NCBI RefSeq assembly: GCF_006345805.1
Contig: NW_021832832.1
Location: 1-64,000, forward strand
DNA: 64,000 bases
Source of the DNA: Octopus sinensis
Taxonomy: Eukaryota
Direction: 5' to 3'
Part shown: positions 38,546 to 51,375 of the stretch, one piece after another
How positions within the stretch are numbered: position 1 is the first letter of the stretch
Layout: every line of letters begins with the position of its first letter
Program-made: the position numbers and the translations under genes
Notes under the pieces: generated by a model
What the model was told of the DNA's origin: nothing
The model's database searches: none
Seen by the model: only the letters and a program-made list of their open reading frames with translations

Positions 38546-38952
38546 GAAATACCTATTTCTTTACAACCCACAAGGGGCTAAACAGAGAGAGGAGAAACAA
38601 GGACAGACAAACGGACCCCAGTGCGTAATTCGTACTTATTTAATCGACCCCGAAAGGATGAAAGGCAAAGTCGACCTCGGCGGAATTTGAACTCAGAACG
38701 TAGCGACAGACGAAATACCTATTTCTTTACTACCCACAAGGAGCAAAACAAAGAGAAGACAAACAAGGACAAACAAACGGATTAAGTCGATTACATCGAC
38801 CCCAGTGCGTAAGTGGTACTTAATTTATCGACCCCGAAAGGATGAAAAACAAAGTCGACCTCGGCAGAATTTGAACTCAGAAGGTAACGGCAAACGAAAT
38901 ACATCTAAGCATTTCGCCCAGCGTGCTAACGATTCTGCCAGCTCGCCGCCTT
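38546..38952 (-). mobile_element. SINE-B multimer: full unit, headless unit, and 8 nt of a third
   Basis: Junctions GAAATA|GGTATTTC at 38720/38719 and 38554/38553, the same as in the 2909-3460 array. Confidence 0.9.
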
Positions 38953-38992
38953 AATAATAATAATACAAATGATGATGATAATAATAATAATA

Positions 38993-39064
<72 letters not shown>

Positions 39065-39235
39065 AAATAATAATAATAATACAAATAATAATAATAATAA
39101 TAATACAAATGATAATAATAATAAAATAATAATGATAATAATAATATATAATAATAATAATAATACAAATAATAATAATAATAATAATACAAATGATAAT
39201 AATAATAATAATAATGATAATAATAATAATAATAT
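38953..39235. repeat. (AAT)n microsatellite
   Basis: Direct reading. Confidence 0.95.
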
Positions 39236-39926
39236 TTATATTTATAGCTCCGATAAAAGACTTCATGGACCACAACGACAAACAACATCCATAGCCTCAT
39301 TAAAATTTTACCGCTTTAGTTCCTCAGAGATTTTCCTCATCAAAATTGCTTAGATTTCTTAACATACTCCATCATTTGTTGTCTTATCTCATGTGAATTT
39401 ATTTACAAGAGATAAAAAACATGACTTCCTTTAATATCGATTGCTTTGCACGATAGTTCATCCATTCTTTCATTGAAGCCTTACACTAAACTATTTCGAT
39501 TCTCTTGTCTCAACTAAATAATATAATGAGTTCCTCCGTTCTATTTCCATCACAAGTGATGTACGTGTGTATTTATCTATCTATTAGTAAGTTTATGGGT
39601 TTTCGTATTTCAGTGTGTATGTGTACGTGAACGTGTTTTTGAACTTCTAATTTTTTTCTTTTTTCTTCTTTTTTTTTTGCATTTCCTTATCGTGTTCGTA
39701 TCATACGTGCGTTGGAAATATATACACAGCAATTTTTTTTTCATCGGCCAATGTTGTTTCTTCGTTTCAGCAACATTTTCGGCTTGTTTATCATTGAATT
39801 TTTTTTTTCTTATCAGAATGTTATTTCAATATTTTAATTTCATTTCTACACAAACACAATAACAAAAATAGCTACAATAATATAACGACAAGAATAGCAG
39901 CAGCAGCAGCAACAACAACAACAATA

Positions 39927-40553
39927 GACATGGTTCCAAATTTTGTCACAAGGGCAGCCATTTTGGGCGAGAGGATGAGTCGATTACATCGATCTTAGTC
40001 TTCATCTACTACTTATTTTATCGACTTCGAAAGGATGGATGGCAAAGTCAAACCTCTGCGGAACGTAACGAGGGGCGAAATAACGTAAGCATTTCGTCCA
40101 GCGCGCTAATGATTGTGCTACCACGCCACCTTAACAATAATAATAGTCTTTTGTAATTTTTGCCACAAGAGCAGCTAGGGGGAGGGGGGATGAGTCGATT
40201 ACATCGACCTCAGTGTTTAACAGGTACTTATTTTATCGACCCCGAAGCGATAAAAGGCAAAGTCGACCTCGACGGAATTTGAACTCAGAACGTAGCGACG
40301 GGCGAAATACCGCTAAGCATTTCGTCCAGCGTGCTAACCATCCTGCAGGCTCACCGCCTTAATAATAATGATAATTCTTTCTATTAAAAACACAAGACCA
40401 GCTCGCCGCATTTATCAAGAAAAATAATAATAATAATAACAAGTGTTATTATTATTATAATAATCCTCACTATTATAGGCACAAGACTTGAAATTTTGGG
40501 GAGTGTTGTAGTCGATTCCATCAACATGACCAGTTCTTCGCAGAATTAGAATA

Positions 40554-40588
<35 letters not shown>

Positions 40589-40756
40589 AATAATAATAAT
40601 GATAATAATAATGATAATGATAATAATAATGATAATAATGATGATGATGATAATAATGATAATAATAATAATAATGATGATGATAATGATAATAATGATG
40701 ATAATGATAATAATGATAATAATAATGATAATAATAATAATAATAATAATAATAAA

Positions 40757-40790
<34 letters not shown>

Positions 40791-40975
40791 GAAGAAGAAG
40801 AATCCTTTCTACTGAAGGCACAAGGCCTGAAATTTGGGGACTAGTTGATCACATCGACCTCAGTACGTAACTGGTACTTAAATGCAAAGTCAGCCTGGGC
40901 AGAATTTGAACTCAGAACATAATGTCGGACGAATTGCTGCTAAGCATTATGTCGGCGTGCTGACGAGTCTGCCTG
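39927..40975 (-). mobile_element. Cluster of SINE-B copies (39927-40133, 40150-40360, tail about 40455-40530, 40803-40975) around an (AAT/GAT)n block at 40548-40800
   Basis: Repeated GAATTTGAACTCAGAAC / GATTACATCGACC motifs. Confidence 0.8.
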
Positions 40976-41253
40976 CTCACAATATTCACAGTAACAACAA
41001 ATACTGTAGTATCTATTATTGCTAGAAAGGTTCATTCATGCATGAAAGAGAAAAACATCTGACAAAGCTGTCACAAAACAATTCGAAGAGGGCATTGACA
41101 TTTTACAATATATTAGGACGAAGTACGTGTTTTTTCTTGGTATTTTACAGAAAATACATATACATACATATAAACATACATACACGTTCATATACACATT
41201 TATGTATCTATGCATGAATGTTTGTATATATATCCATGTGTGTATATGTGAAA

Positions 41254-41458
41254 TAGTTGTTTCAGTCATTTGACTGTGGTCATGCTGGAGCACCGCTTTT
41301 AGTCGAGCAAATCGACCCCAGGACTTATTCTTTGTAAGCCTAGTACTTATTCTATCGGTCTCTTTTGCCGAACCGCTAAGTTACGAGGACGTAAACACAC
41401 CAGCATCGGTTGTCGAGCGATGTTGGTGGGTACAAACACAGACACAAACATATACACA
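41254..41458 (-). mobile_element. SINE-A 3' half, nearly identical to 42210-42414
   Basis: 205 bp, 3 mismatches, no indels by manual alignment. Confidence 0.9.
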
Positions 41459-42146
41459 TACGTGAAGAGATTATGTACGACTGAAAAAAGTTTAGTACAT
41501 AAGTATATATGGCCATGTTTAGACAAACAAATATATGTATGATTATGCATAAAACAAAACGTACAGATTTGCTTAGCCATTGACCCCTAATTATTTCACA
41601 TATACACACATACACGCACAATTGTCCCGTTTATTGTTGAACTTTCAATGAAGAAGCCTTCTATACAGGATAGAAAGCGACTTTTTCTCCATTGGCAAAA
41701 ATTAAGACATTAAACTAAATATTATACTTTAAAACGATGAATACGATGCAAGAAAAGCGTACACGAAACAAATAAGGGTTTTTCACCCGAATGTGAATCA
41801 GAATAGCGTACTACGCTGCCATCTCTCTTTCTCAGAATCTAATGACTGACACCCAAATGTATAAAAAAAATTTTCTGCACAGTAGAATTTTCCATTCTCA
41901 GATCTGGTGTTTTTTCTATTTTCTTTTCTGTTTTCAGGTAATGATATAAAATTCGTGTACTCTAGACTATCATTTGGGTCGCTTTCAATGTTGTTTGGTT
42001 GATTTTGTGCCTCACCTTGCAGAACTAACATATCTTCCATTATCTGTCTAAGGGGAAACCTTGTATTTCGAACGACAATGTGGCTCATGTTTTCCTAGGG
42101 AGGTCGCTCCTCACACGTTCCCCATTCCTTTTCTCTGGTGATATAA

Positions 42147-42177
<31 letters not shown>

Positions 42178-42185
42178 GTCTCTCT

Positions 42186-42648
42186 CTTACTCTCTCTCTC
42201 TTACTCTTTTAGTTGTTTCAGTCATTTGACTGTGGTCATGCTGGAGCAACGCCTTTAGTCGAGCAAATCGAGCCCAGGACTTATTCTTTGTAAGCCTAGT
42301 ACTTATTCTATCGGTCTCTTTTGCCGAACCGCTAAGTTACGAGGACGTAAACACACCAGCATCGGTTGTCGAGCGATGTTGGTGGGTACAAACACAGACA
42401 CAAACATATACACACAGGCATATATATATATATATATATATATATACAAATGTTGAAGTGAATCTATATATACATATAGATAAATACGACGAGCTCCTTT
42501 GAGTTTCCGTCTACCAAATCCACTCACAATGTTTTGGTGTGCCCGAGGCTATAGTCGAAGACACTTTCCCAAGGTGCCACGCAGTGGGAGTGAACCCAGA
42601 ACCATGTGGTTCGTAAGCAAACTACTTACGACACAGCCACTCCTGTGC
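42186..42648 (-). mobile_element. SINE-A, full length
   Basis: Reverse-complement match from tail to head ACACAGCCACTCCTGTGC. Confidence 0.92.
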
Positions 42649-42764
42649 TTTTAGATTCCTTTGTCTTTTACTCTTTACCCTTTCACTCTCTTTACTACCT
42701 TAAACAAAACGAAACACTAGTTCACGATGGTTCATTTCCTCTTCATCACTGACGAGACAACAGT

Positions 42765-42952
42765 CTAGTGCTTGTTATTATACAAACCAGAAGGTTCCTT
42801 GTCGTCTCCTGGGACTCGGGACGCGGTCATTTCTTCGGATGCTTCGGCACTATCGACCGGTGATATTTTGAGAGCAGCAGTTTTACCAGCCTGCTGCTGC
42901 TGTTGCTGCTGATGTTGGTGTTGTTGTTGCTGCTGCTGCTGTTGTTGTTGTT

Positions 42953-42987
<35 letters not shown>

Positions 42988-43099
42988 TGTTGTCGTTGTT
43001 GTTGTTGTTGTTGGTGGTGGTGGTGCTGGTGGTGGTGGTGCTGGTGCTGCTGCTGCTGCTGTTTGTGGTGTTCTCTCGTCTCCTCTGCCTTTTTAACTC
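42765..43099 (-). CDS. Candidate terminal exon encoding a poly-Q/H/R tract plus a 41-aa unique C-terminus
   Basis: Minus acceptor GTTTTCTGTCTAG|GAG at 43100/43099; frame open to TAG at 42765; no recognisable homology, could be microsatellite plus TE. Confidence 0.22.
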
Positions 43100-43519
43100 C
43101 TAGACAGAAAACTTTCAACTGTCTTTTATTCCGACATGTTGTACCGCCTTTGCTTCTTTTCTGTCACCACTAATCTTTATTGGTTTTATTTTCGCGCCCA
43201 CCACAAAGCAAAGCCTACAAAAGTCCTCAAGGGTCATTAGGAATTTCCTTGACTAGTCAGACACCTCGGAACCTAATGTGGTTTCCTAATCATTTGTGCA
43301 TTGACTAAAAGTCTCTGATGTGATACAAAAGCCAACATTTTTACCAATCTCATTCACAGCATTCTTCGTGTACTTCGCCTCTTGTATTGTAGTGTGTATG
43401 TGTTTGTGTGTGTGTGTGTGTGTGTTTGACGCACCACTCCGGTTTACCGTTTCACACTATTAAATTTAAGAACCAGGTATATTCTCGCAAGCTTCATTCC
43501 GGCCCATGCTTTACACGTT

Positions 43520-43692
43520 ATACCTATTTCTTTACTACTCACAAGGGGCTAAACACAGAGGAGACAAACAAGGACAGACAGACGGATTAAGTCGATTATA
43601 TGGACCCCAGTGCGTAACTGGTACTTAATTTATCGACCCCGAAAGGATTAAAGGCAAAGTTGATCTCGGCGGAATTTGAACTCAGAACGTAA
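43520..43692 (-). mobile_element. 5'-truncated SINE-B ending in GAAATA|GGTAT
   Basis: Tail followed by the first 5 nt of the multimer junction. Confidence 0.85.
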
Positions 43693-45062
43693 TAACGGCC
43701 TGGGCTACCACGACTTGTTTCCGCAAAATTATGAGTAAAACTTATGTGTTCTCAGAAATTCAGCGATGTGTGACCTTCCTTCCTAACTCTTCCATAAGGT
43801 GATTAGGCAAGGCAGTTCTGTTTTTGACTTCCCATATCTCTGCCTCGAAGGTCTTTATTCCTTTTCGGTGCCCCTTTGTAGCTCGGAACGCTAACGAAAG
43901 TGTATTATTTACAGTATCATTTGCGTTGCTTAAGATAACGATTTATATTTAAGTTACATTGTTTTCTTAATTTTAGAAAAATGTGTTTGTGTTTTTTCGA
44001 TGTTGTATTCAATATACTGCTGAAACCTGACGCATCACAGAATGTCCCCTGTGGAAAAAATATTCTAAAACAAACACTTTTCCATCTAGACAGAGTTGGT
44101 AAATTTTACAAATTCCTCGGAGCGAGGTGAAGTCACATCTGCTTCCGAAAACGAGGAAAATGACGATAACAACAACAACAACAACAACAACATCAATAGC
44201 AACAAGAATGATAAAATAATAATAAAATAATAATTACTAAAGTTACAATGACAATTACGAACTCCAAAATCAAAATCTTCGAAATTCTGTGATTCCTTTT
44301 TGGTTTGGTTTGCTTTTATTTTTTTTAAAGAATACAATCATTGTGAGACTATGCACAAATAATTGGATTATTTCTAAGCTAAACGTAATGACGATCGTGT
44401 GAAGAAGAACAAAGCCTAGGGGAATTTCTTTTCTTGGAAACTTGATTAATTCCTCTAGAATTCTAAAGAAAACATGGCTAAAGAAATAGGTCATTTGTAA
44501 TAGAACTGCAACTCGTTTCATTGCTTTTATTTGTATCTTAAATTACAGAATTGAAACTAGATATACAATCACGGTAGCTTCTCTTGTTGATGATGATATT
44601 ATTTTCTAACCCCCCACATCAGCTCTGATCACGCAGATTTATGATTAAAGGGATTGTAACTGTAATCAACCCGTCTTAGTCATATAAATATTTCGAACTA
44701 AGTATGAGCAGGTTCTACATAACCATTTCTAAGCCTAGAGGCTGAGTTGATGTGTATTTGGCTGTAACTTCCAGCAGATTAACTGACATGATAGAGACTC
44801 CGCTGTTTAACTCACAAAGGTGACTGGATCACTGACAGGTACCAAAAACAATCAACACTATATTTTTTCCCATAAATCAATGACTCGCGAATTGGATACA
44901 TAGCGAAAAATATATTTATCATTTTTTTATTGTATTTTTTCCTCACGTTTTCCCCACATCATTATATATGCGCGCACGCACACACACGCACAAATTATAC
45001 ATTTCAATATATATTCGCTATATATATGTGTGTGTGTGGGGGGGTGTATGTGTGTGTGTTTG

Positions 45063-45182
45063 TGTATAACATATCATCAGGATTGTGACAACTCTATGTA
45101 AAAATACACAGACACACACACATATATATATATATATGTATTTTTACATAGAGTAGTCACAATCCTGATGATATGTTATACA
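45063..45182. repeat. Inverted repeat, 46-bp arms (45/46 match), 28-nt microsatellite spacer
   Basis: 45063-45108 versus the reverse complement of 45137-45182. Confidence 0.95.
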
Positions 45183-45294
45183 TACATCCACATCTATCTA
45201 GCTAGCTAGCTTCTCTCTTTCCCTCTCTTACATATATATATATATATACACAATACATACATTAAAACATATATACATGTTCATACACACGTAC

Positions 45295-45356
<62 letters not shown>

Positions 45357-47261
45357 ATTAGTATGTATGCATGTGTCGTTAAAGTGTTCCCTGTCGAACT
45401 GAACAGCCCGGAGAATGAAATGTGAGTCAAGAGCGACTCTCAGTATTCACTTCCACCGCCATCTTTCAGTATGAGTATTACGCTCGTTGCACTCCGGATG
45501 TTTGCTGATATCTCTACGAGGACGCACCACTCAGTTCCCTCACCCCGTATTTTATATCGAAGCTTCAGGGAGACGAAACAATCCAAAGGAGTGTCGTGTG
45601 ACGCTAGATAGCGTAGAACAAGAAACAGGAACTTATGAAATGCTAAAGGCTGGTTGTTTCCTGATTGTTTGTGAAGTTGTTACAAAGCAAGAGACAGATG
45701 TTGATATATTTCAGAATAATATCATTGCACTTTTCATTATAATATTCTAAATCACCATCTGTTGTCGCAAAGAAGCTTAATGGGTGTAGCAAAATAAATA
45801 TACATTGACGAAATAGAGGGTAATGGTTTATAGGATTGTCCTAATATACATAATAGAGTACTTATACGTCCAACTACCAAGCACATTACGCAGACGAGTT
45901 TCGTAAAATTCATGCGCCTGTGGCATTGTGCAGAAGGCATTCTGATAATAATAAAGATGTTATGGCGAAAGTGCGGATAATTTTTGATGTTTTTATTTTA
46001 TTTTTTGCTGTTGCTTTTAGTACTGTTATTTTTGCTGTTGTTGCTTTTAGTACTGTTATTTTTGAAACTCAAGCGAACTTGGATCGAACGGAGTTAGAAT
46101 CCAAAGTGTTGTGCTGGTGGCCATTTTATCCTCATACACGTATTCAGAGCTACATCAACCAACGTGTTGGTCCATGTTTAAGGTCGTGTAAAGTGATCTG
46201 AAGTAACTTCGGCTGCTATTCCTAGCTTTTCGTGTGGTAGATAGATGCTTCATATTTTCATTGCTTATCACCAGATCAAACTAGAACGAGCAGACTTAAG
46301 CTCAAAGAGATTTCAGTCGTAACTATATCGTCTTTAGTATTCTAGTATCGCTAAAACATTATTTCATATACATTTCTTAAAGCTGGATATTTGGTTGCTC
46401 TTATTATTATTTGAAGGGACCACATTGAGGGAGCACATTCGCATGATAGAGTTATAAATGCTAACTATTATTACCGTTATTTATCCCTGTGTTGCCTTCA
46501 TGACGCGGACCTATGAACAACATTATTCCAGCTGTTACTACCCTTTAGTTTTAGAAATAATTACGACGACATTTCCCAGTATAACCTTTACTATGCAGCC
46601 CTATGACCGAAGACATTCCAGCTGTGATCATCCCGTCGTTTTAGAAATAATTAGGCTGACATTCTCTGCGATGACTCCTTTTTTTTAAAATAGTAAATTG
46701 TGGACTTACGGAATTTACCTTCCTATTTATATCAAGGAAGGGAACTTTTAGAAATCTGGTCGACTTTTCTTGTTGATATTTTCGTTGGTAGTGGTTATGG
46801 TTGTATTATGTGTGACTGTAATCATCAATACAACACTTATCTCTGGGTCAGAGATCAGGATTGATGTAACGCAATCGGTAAGACACCCATTCGGGTAGTA
46901 ATAGATTATCGGTTCGAGCATAACTAAATATTATATAACATTCAATTGTTTTTGTTTTTCTGCACGTCACACACAAAGAAACAAATCTATGCTAAAAGGC
47001 TTTTTCCCCATCACTATCACAACCTTCTGTCGGATATTCTATATCTAGGATTCCATTAAACAATATACCCCGATCTCATAGAATAGCAGAGTGTAATTTT
47101 TTGAAGAATTGTCTGATGTTTCTAGAAGTTAGATGGTTTCTGTTTGAGCTGCTGCAATAAGTATGTGAAACTGAGAAGGAAATTTGTCGAATAAAATCAT
47201 AATTAAATGATCCTCCTCTATTTTCTTTTATCCAAAGCCAGGAACTTTTCAGAAACCCGTC

Positions 47262-47292
<31 letters not shown>

Positions 47293-47362
47293 TGTATGTA
47301 TGTATGTATGTATGTATGTATGTATGCATATATGTATAGGTATATGTTTGTGTGTGTTTGTC

Positions 47363-47397
<35 letters not shown>

Positions 47398-48956
47398 GTT
47401 TGTGAATATGTGTATGTACACAGGTATGTATATGTTTATACACAGTTTACTACTTAGATTGTTCGCTTAGATTTAGGCGTGAAAAGCCGGTCTATAAAAG
47501 CAGGATTGAAAAACCGGAACGGCTGGTCAGAAACATCTTTTCAATTATCCAGACCTGGCAGGTAACTGCAACAATGTAGTCACCAGCCTTCATCAGACTG
47601 GAGATAACTGCAACTCGAGTTGTTTTATATGTTTTTGTACAGATCTAATTCATGTTTCGCATTGGTATTATTGTTTTCATTGAAGTAATTATTACGAAAC
47701 AACTTCTCACTCGTGAATACACTCACAATAGAATGCTTTCGGCAGTTGAGGATTCAATTAAGTCGGCTATAAAAGCTATCAAAGTGATATTTGCCGCTGA
47801 AATGGCAAAAGGTGGATGTTCTATTTCATATTATTATATTTTTGATTTTTGCTTCATGTTTTACGTTTTTTCACCGAGTGATTAAATAAAAGCTGGTAAA
47901 CTTGGATTTGTAGTTGGTCCTGGGAGAAAATTTTGCTCAAAGGCTACACTTTCCATTTTAAACACAGTAAAGAATGGCAACAAATATTTGGCGTGGATAA
48001 CGAGCTTAATGTTAGTTTTCAATAATTCTACTCTGAATAACTCTGAACAATTGAGCTTTCAGTTAGTACATCGCGAATCGTTAAAGGAAGCAGCATAGCC
48101 CATTGCCTATAACTGGCGATAATATTCAAGCTAGACAAATTAAGTTTATGCTAATATAAAAAGTGTAGGAGGTGGCCAGAAAGTGGGGAGAGGAGAACTG
48201 TCTGGAAACACAGAGCTGTGTTTATTGCGAGTTAAATCTTCTGTATACTCAGAAAAGGTCAAGTACGTTCATATGAAGTTTGGTGTTTGTGCGATTATGC
48301 GTAGGTGTTGTCACTGTTTAACCACGGATTAGCTTTGATTCAGTAGGCTTATGAATAAAAAAAAAAAAAGGTACTTCCACCCTGTTCTTTAATGTTTTCA
48401 GTTTCAGTGTACCCAGAATTACAATACCTAATGGGTCCATTTTATAAAGGAAACAGGATGTGGTTTCGGGTGTGGGATGTTGCTATTTTTAGTAGGTCAA
48501 GAGATAGCTTAAGGGCTGAAGGTGCCTATATGACTGTGTTCAAGCGGAATGCTGATTACGATATCAATACGGATTTAAGCTGAAGCTAAGAATGACTGAG
48601 ATTGCTGTGTATATGGGAAGCAAGGAAAGAACATACCACGTGATCATTATTGGCGTGTTTGGACACATATACAACCTACAACGTGTATTACTTCGTTAGA
48701 AAGTCACATAGTATGAAACTGGTAATGTAATGCCAGATTATGAATATAGTTCCTGCGAGTGATGCTAATTTCACCCCAACTCTCTCCCAATCAAAATCTG
48801 AACCGAGATATATGCTAGAAGTAGCAGCCAAATATATTCCAACTGGCACCCAACAAAATTAAAATAGGAAAAAGGCGTTCAAATATGTAATCCCGTGTAT
48901 ATATGGTGTTTTTCACTAAAGCCATACTCACGCAACAACATATATGCACACATATA

Positions 48957-49178
48957 AGGCGGCGAGCTGGCAGAAACGTTAGCACGCCGGGCGAAATGCG
49001 TAGCTATATTTCGTCTGCCGTTACGTCCTGAGTTCAAATTCCGCCGAGGTCGACTTTGCCTTTCATCCTTTCGGGGTCGATAAATTAAGTACCAGTTACG
49101 CACTGGGGTCGACGTAATCCATTTGTCTGTCCTTGCTTGTCCCCTCTGTGTTTAGTCCCTTGTGGGTAGTAAAGAAAT
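48957..49178 (+). mobile_element. SINE-B, full-length monomer (222 bp), 17-bp TSD
   Basis: TSD ATATATGCACACATATA at 48940-48956 and 49179-49195; A-box TGGCAGAAACG and a B-box. Confidence 0.95.
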
Positions 49179-49941
49179 ATATATGCACACATATACACAC
49201 ACACAAACACATATTCAAAATTTATGGCTTAAATAACAACATTGAAAGCTAAGTGAAAACAAAGCGTAATTATCAGAGCAACGTTAAATGAAGCATAACG
49301 AAAGTGAAAGTGTATTTGACGCTTCGATATTAGTCCGTCTTCAAAAAGTTAGAAACCTACAAAGTGGAAGTGCAAAGGGATGGCAAAAAACACATATACA
49401 CACCTACACCTACATAAGTACACACGTAATCATATTCATACCTAGTGCACACGCACACACATACATACCACATATATATAAACACAAAGTGGGTGGTTTA
49501 GTAGTTAGGATACTTGGCTTAAGTCCATAAGGTAGTGGGTTCACGTTCTGGAACGAGCAGTGTGTTGTGCTCTTGAACAAGGTGTCCACATTGTCCAGCT
49601 TATACAATTCTAAATCTGTATCCGCCAGTTTCTAGGACAACTCTGTCTCCCTCCGATTTTGACATACCAGATGTGCTGCTGGGCCAAGTGTAACGAAACT
49701 GAGGTAGTGCCTGTGTCTGCTTGCAAGAGCATGGGTACACTCACTGATCAGGAATCAAAATCAAAGCCAGAAATGCAGAACAGATTATCGGTAATTGGTA
49801 TAACAAATAATCTCTGTACTCTACCTACTGTATTGAGTTCTTTTTCAGATGTTAATTGCACTGCATGAAATATATTTTTAGAAACGTAGGAATTAATTGC
49901 ACTAACACCTTGAATCTCTCTCCTTCTCTCTCTCTCTCTCT

Positions 49942-49997
<56 letters not shown>

Positions 49998-50647
49998 ATA
50001 TGTGTGTATGGCTGTGTCTGTGTGCGTGCGTGTGTGTGTAATACACGTACACTCACGTACACCCACGCATATATTTATATATTTATTGCACTAATTAACT
50101 AGGCATATTAAAATTGGATAGCTAAATGTAAACACGACAAATGGGCTTCATTCATTGAAATCTAAAAATACTAAAGAGAAACTAGTCATGTCTTGTTGAT
50201 TATTTCTTCCATATTCATTGTTGTAGCTGGCTATTAACGTGTTTAATGTACTTTAGGGCTCGATGTGTGTACAGTGCCATTAATGAAATTCTACGTCAAC
50301 ATAGCTACATCAATGCCGCTCCGGATCTAATTCAGTTTTTGTTTACTGAGGTAGGGTTACTTCTTTACGACTTACAGAATTAAAAGTGGAAGTTCTTATG
50401 TGACATTTTGCACCAATATGCTACTTGATGACATGACTACGAATAATGTGCGGATTTTTTCAGATTTCTTCAGCCTCTACAAGGAAGACATCTGTTGAGG
50501 ACGGGAAACGAATAGTGTATTCTGAAGGCTTTCAGGAGAATGAGCAAAACTGTGCTAAAACAACCCATAACATGCTGGAGATAGTAAACAGTGTGGCGTT
50601 TCATGACAATACCCCGAATTGTCAGGACTTACATATACATATAAAAC

Positions 50648-51176
50648 CGGAATGAGACTGCTGGTCGCAGCAGTTTGGACGCTGATTATTTGGCGTTGAA
50701 TCTGTTTTGGCGATGACGATAGTACTTTTTGGCACTGAAGGATACGGATAGTGTGTGTTTATATGTATGTGTGTGTGTTTGAGAGAGATAAGAGAGGGGG
50801 AGGCAGAGAGATGGGGAGGTAGAGAGAGGAGAGGGGGAGGAGTAGGGAGAGAGAGGGAGAGAGAGATGGGGAGAGATTACAATTTATTAATTCAACACGA
50901 TCGTCATAAATACTTTCCTTCTCCTCATATGCATATAAATAAAGGGAGAGAAAAAAGAAGGAAAGAAAGAAAGGAAAGAAGAAAGATAGAAAAGGAGAAA
51001 GGAGAAAGAGATTAAATAACAGAGAGAGGGGGAGACAGAGAAAGAGAGAGAGAAAGAGAGAGAGAACACGAAAATCATTAACACGAGAGAAACAAAAACG
51101 TCGGAAAAATCAGCATTGAATCAACGACGCCAAATAAGCCGAGCCAAAAACGGCTGTGCCAAAACGTCTCGTACCC
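50648..51176. mobile_element. Possible decayed TIR element with TTTTGGC subterminal repeats and a (GA)n interior
   Basis: 50648-50702 aligns loosely with the reverse complement of 51118-51176 (GAGAC, CAGC.GTTT, TTATTTGGCGT.G); no clear TSD. Confidence 0.4.
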
Positions 51177-51288
51177 ACATAACATGCACAAAATAGCGCT
51201 GTTATGTGCTGCACTCATATTATGTTTAGTAATATTGGTTTCAAATTTTGGCACATGGCCAGAAAGTACGAGAAGAGGGAGTAAGTCG

Positions 51289-51375
51289 GGCGGAGATAAA
51301 GAATACGTACACCACCCTAACCTCTGACCTTAGCCTAACCTTAAACACCGAGTGTACGTATTCTTTACTTTCGCC
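51289..51375. mobile_element. 87-bp MITE, 24-bp TIRs, 8-bp TSD, inserted in a decayed SINE-B (about 51231-51466)
   Basis: TIRs 51289-51312 and 51352-51375 match at 21/24 (inner 16 perfect); TSD GTAAGTCG / GTAAGTCA. Confidence 0.88.

Noticed and set aside
5511-42211. Both local duplications have an offset of exactly 956 bp (5511/6467 and 41255/42211)
   Set aside because: Only two cases, unrelated sequences, and spacers full of unstable microsatellites; treated as coincidence.
45447-45467. Minus-strand AAGATGGCGG plus GGAAGTG (YY1/ETS-like); similar AAGATGGCCG near 22606-22615
   Set aside because: Short motifs with no CpG island or downstream exon; cannot call a promoter.
47521-47596. Minus-strand CTGATGA-A-GGCTGG...CCAGCC hammerhead-like start
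   Set aside because: It is followed by GTTCC rather than GAAA, with no helix I or III.
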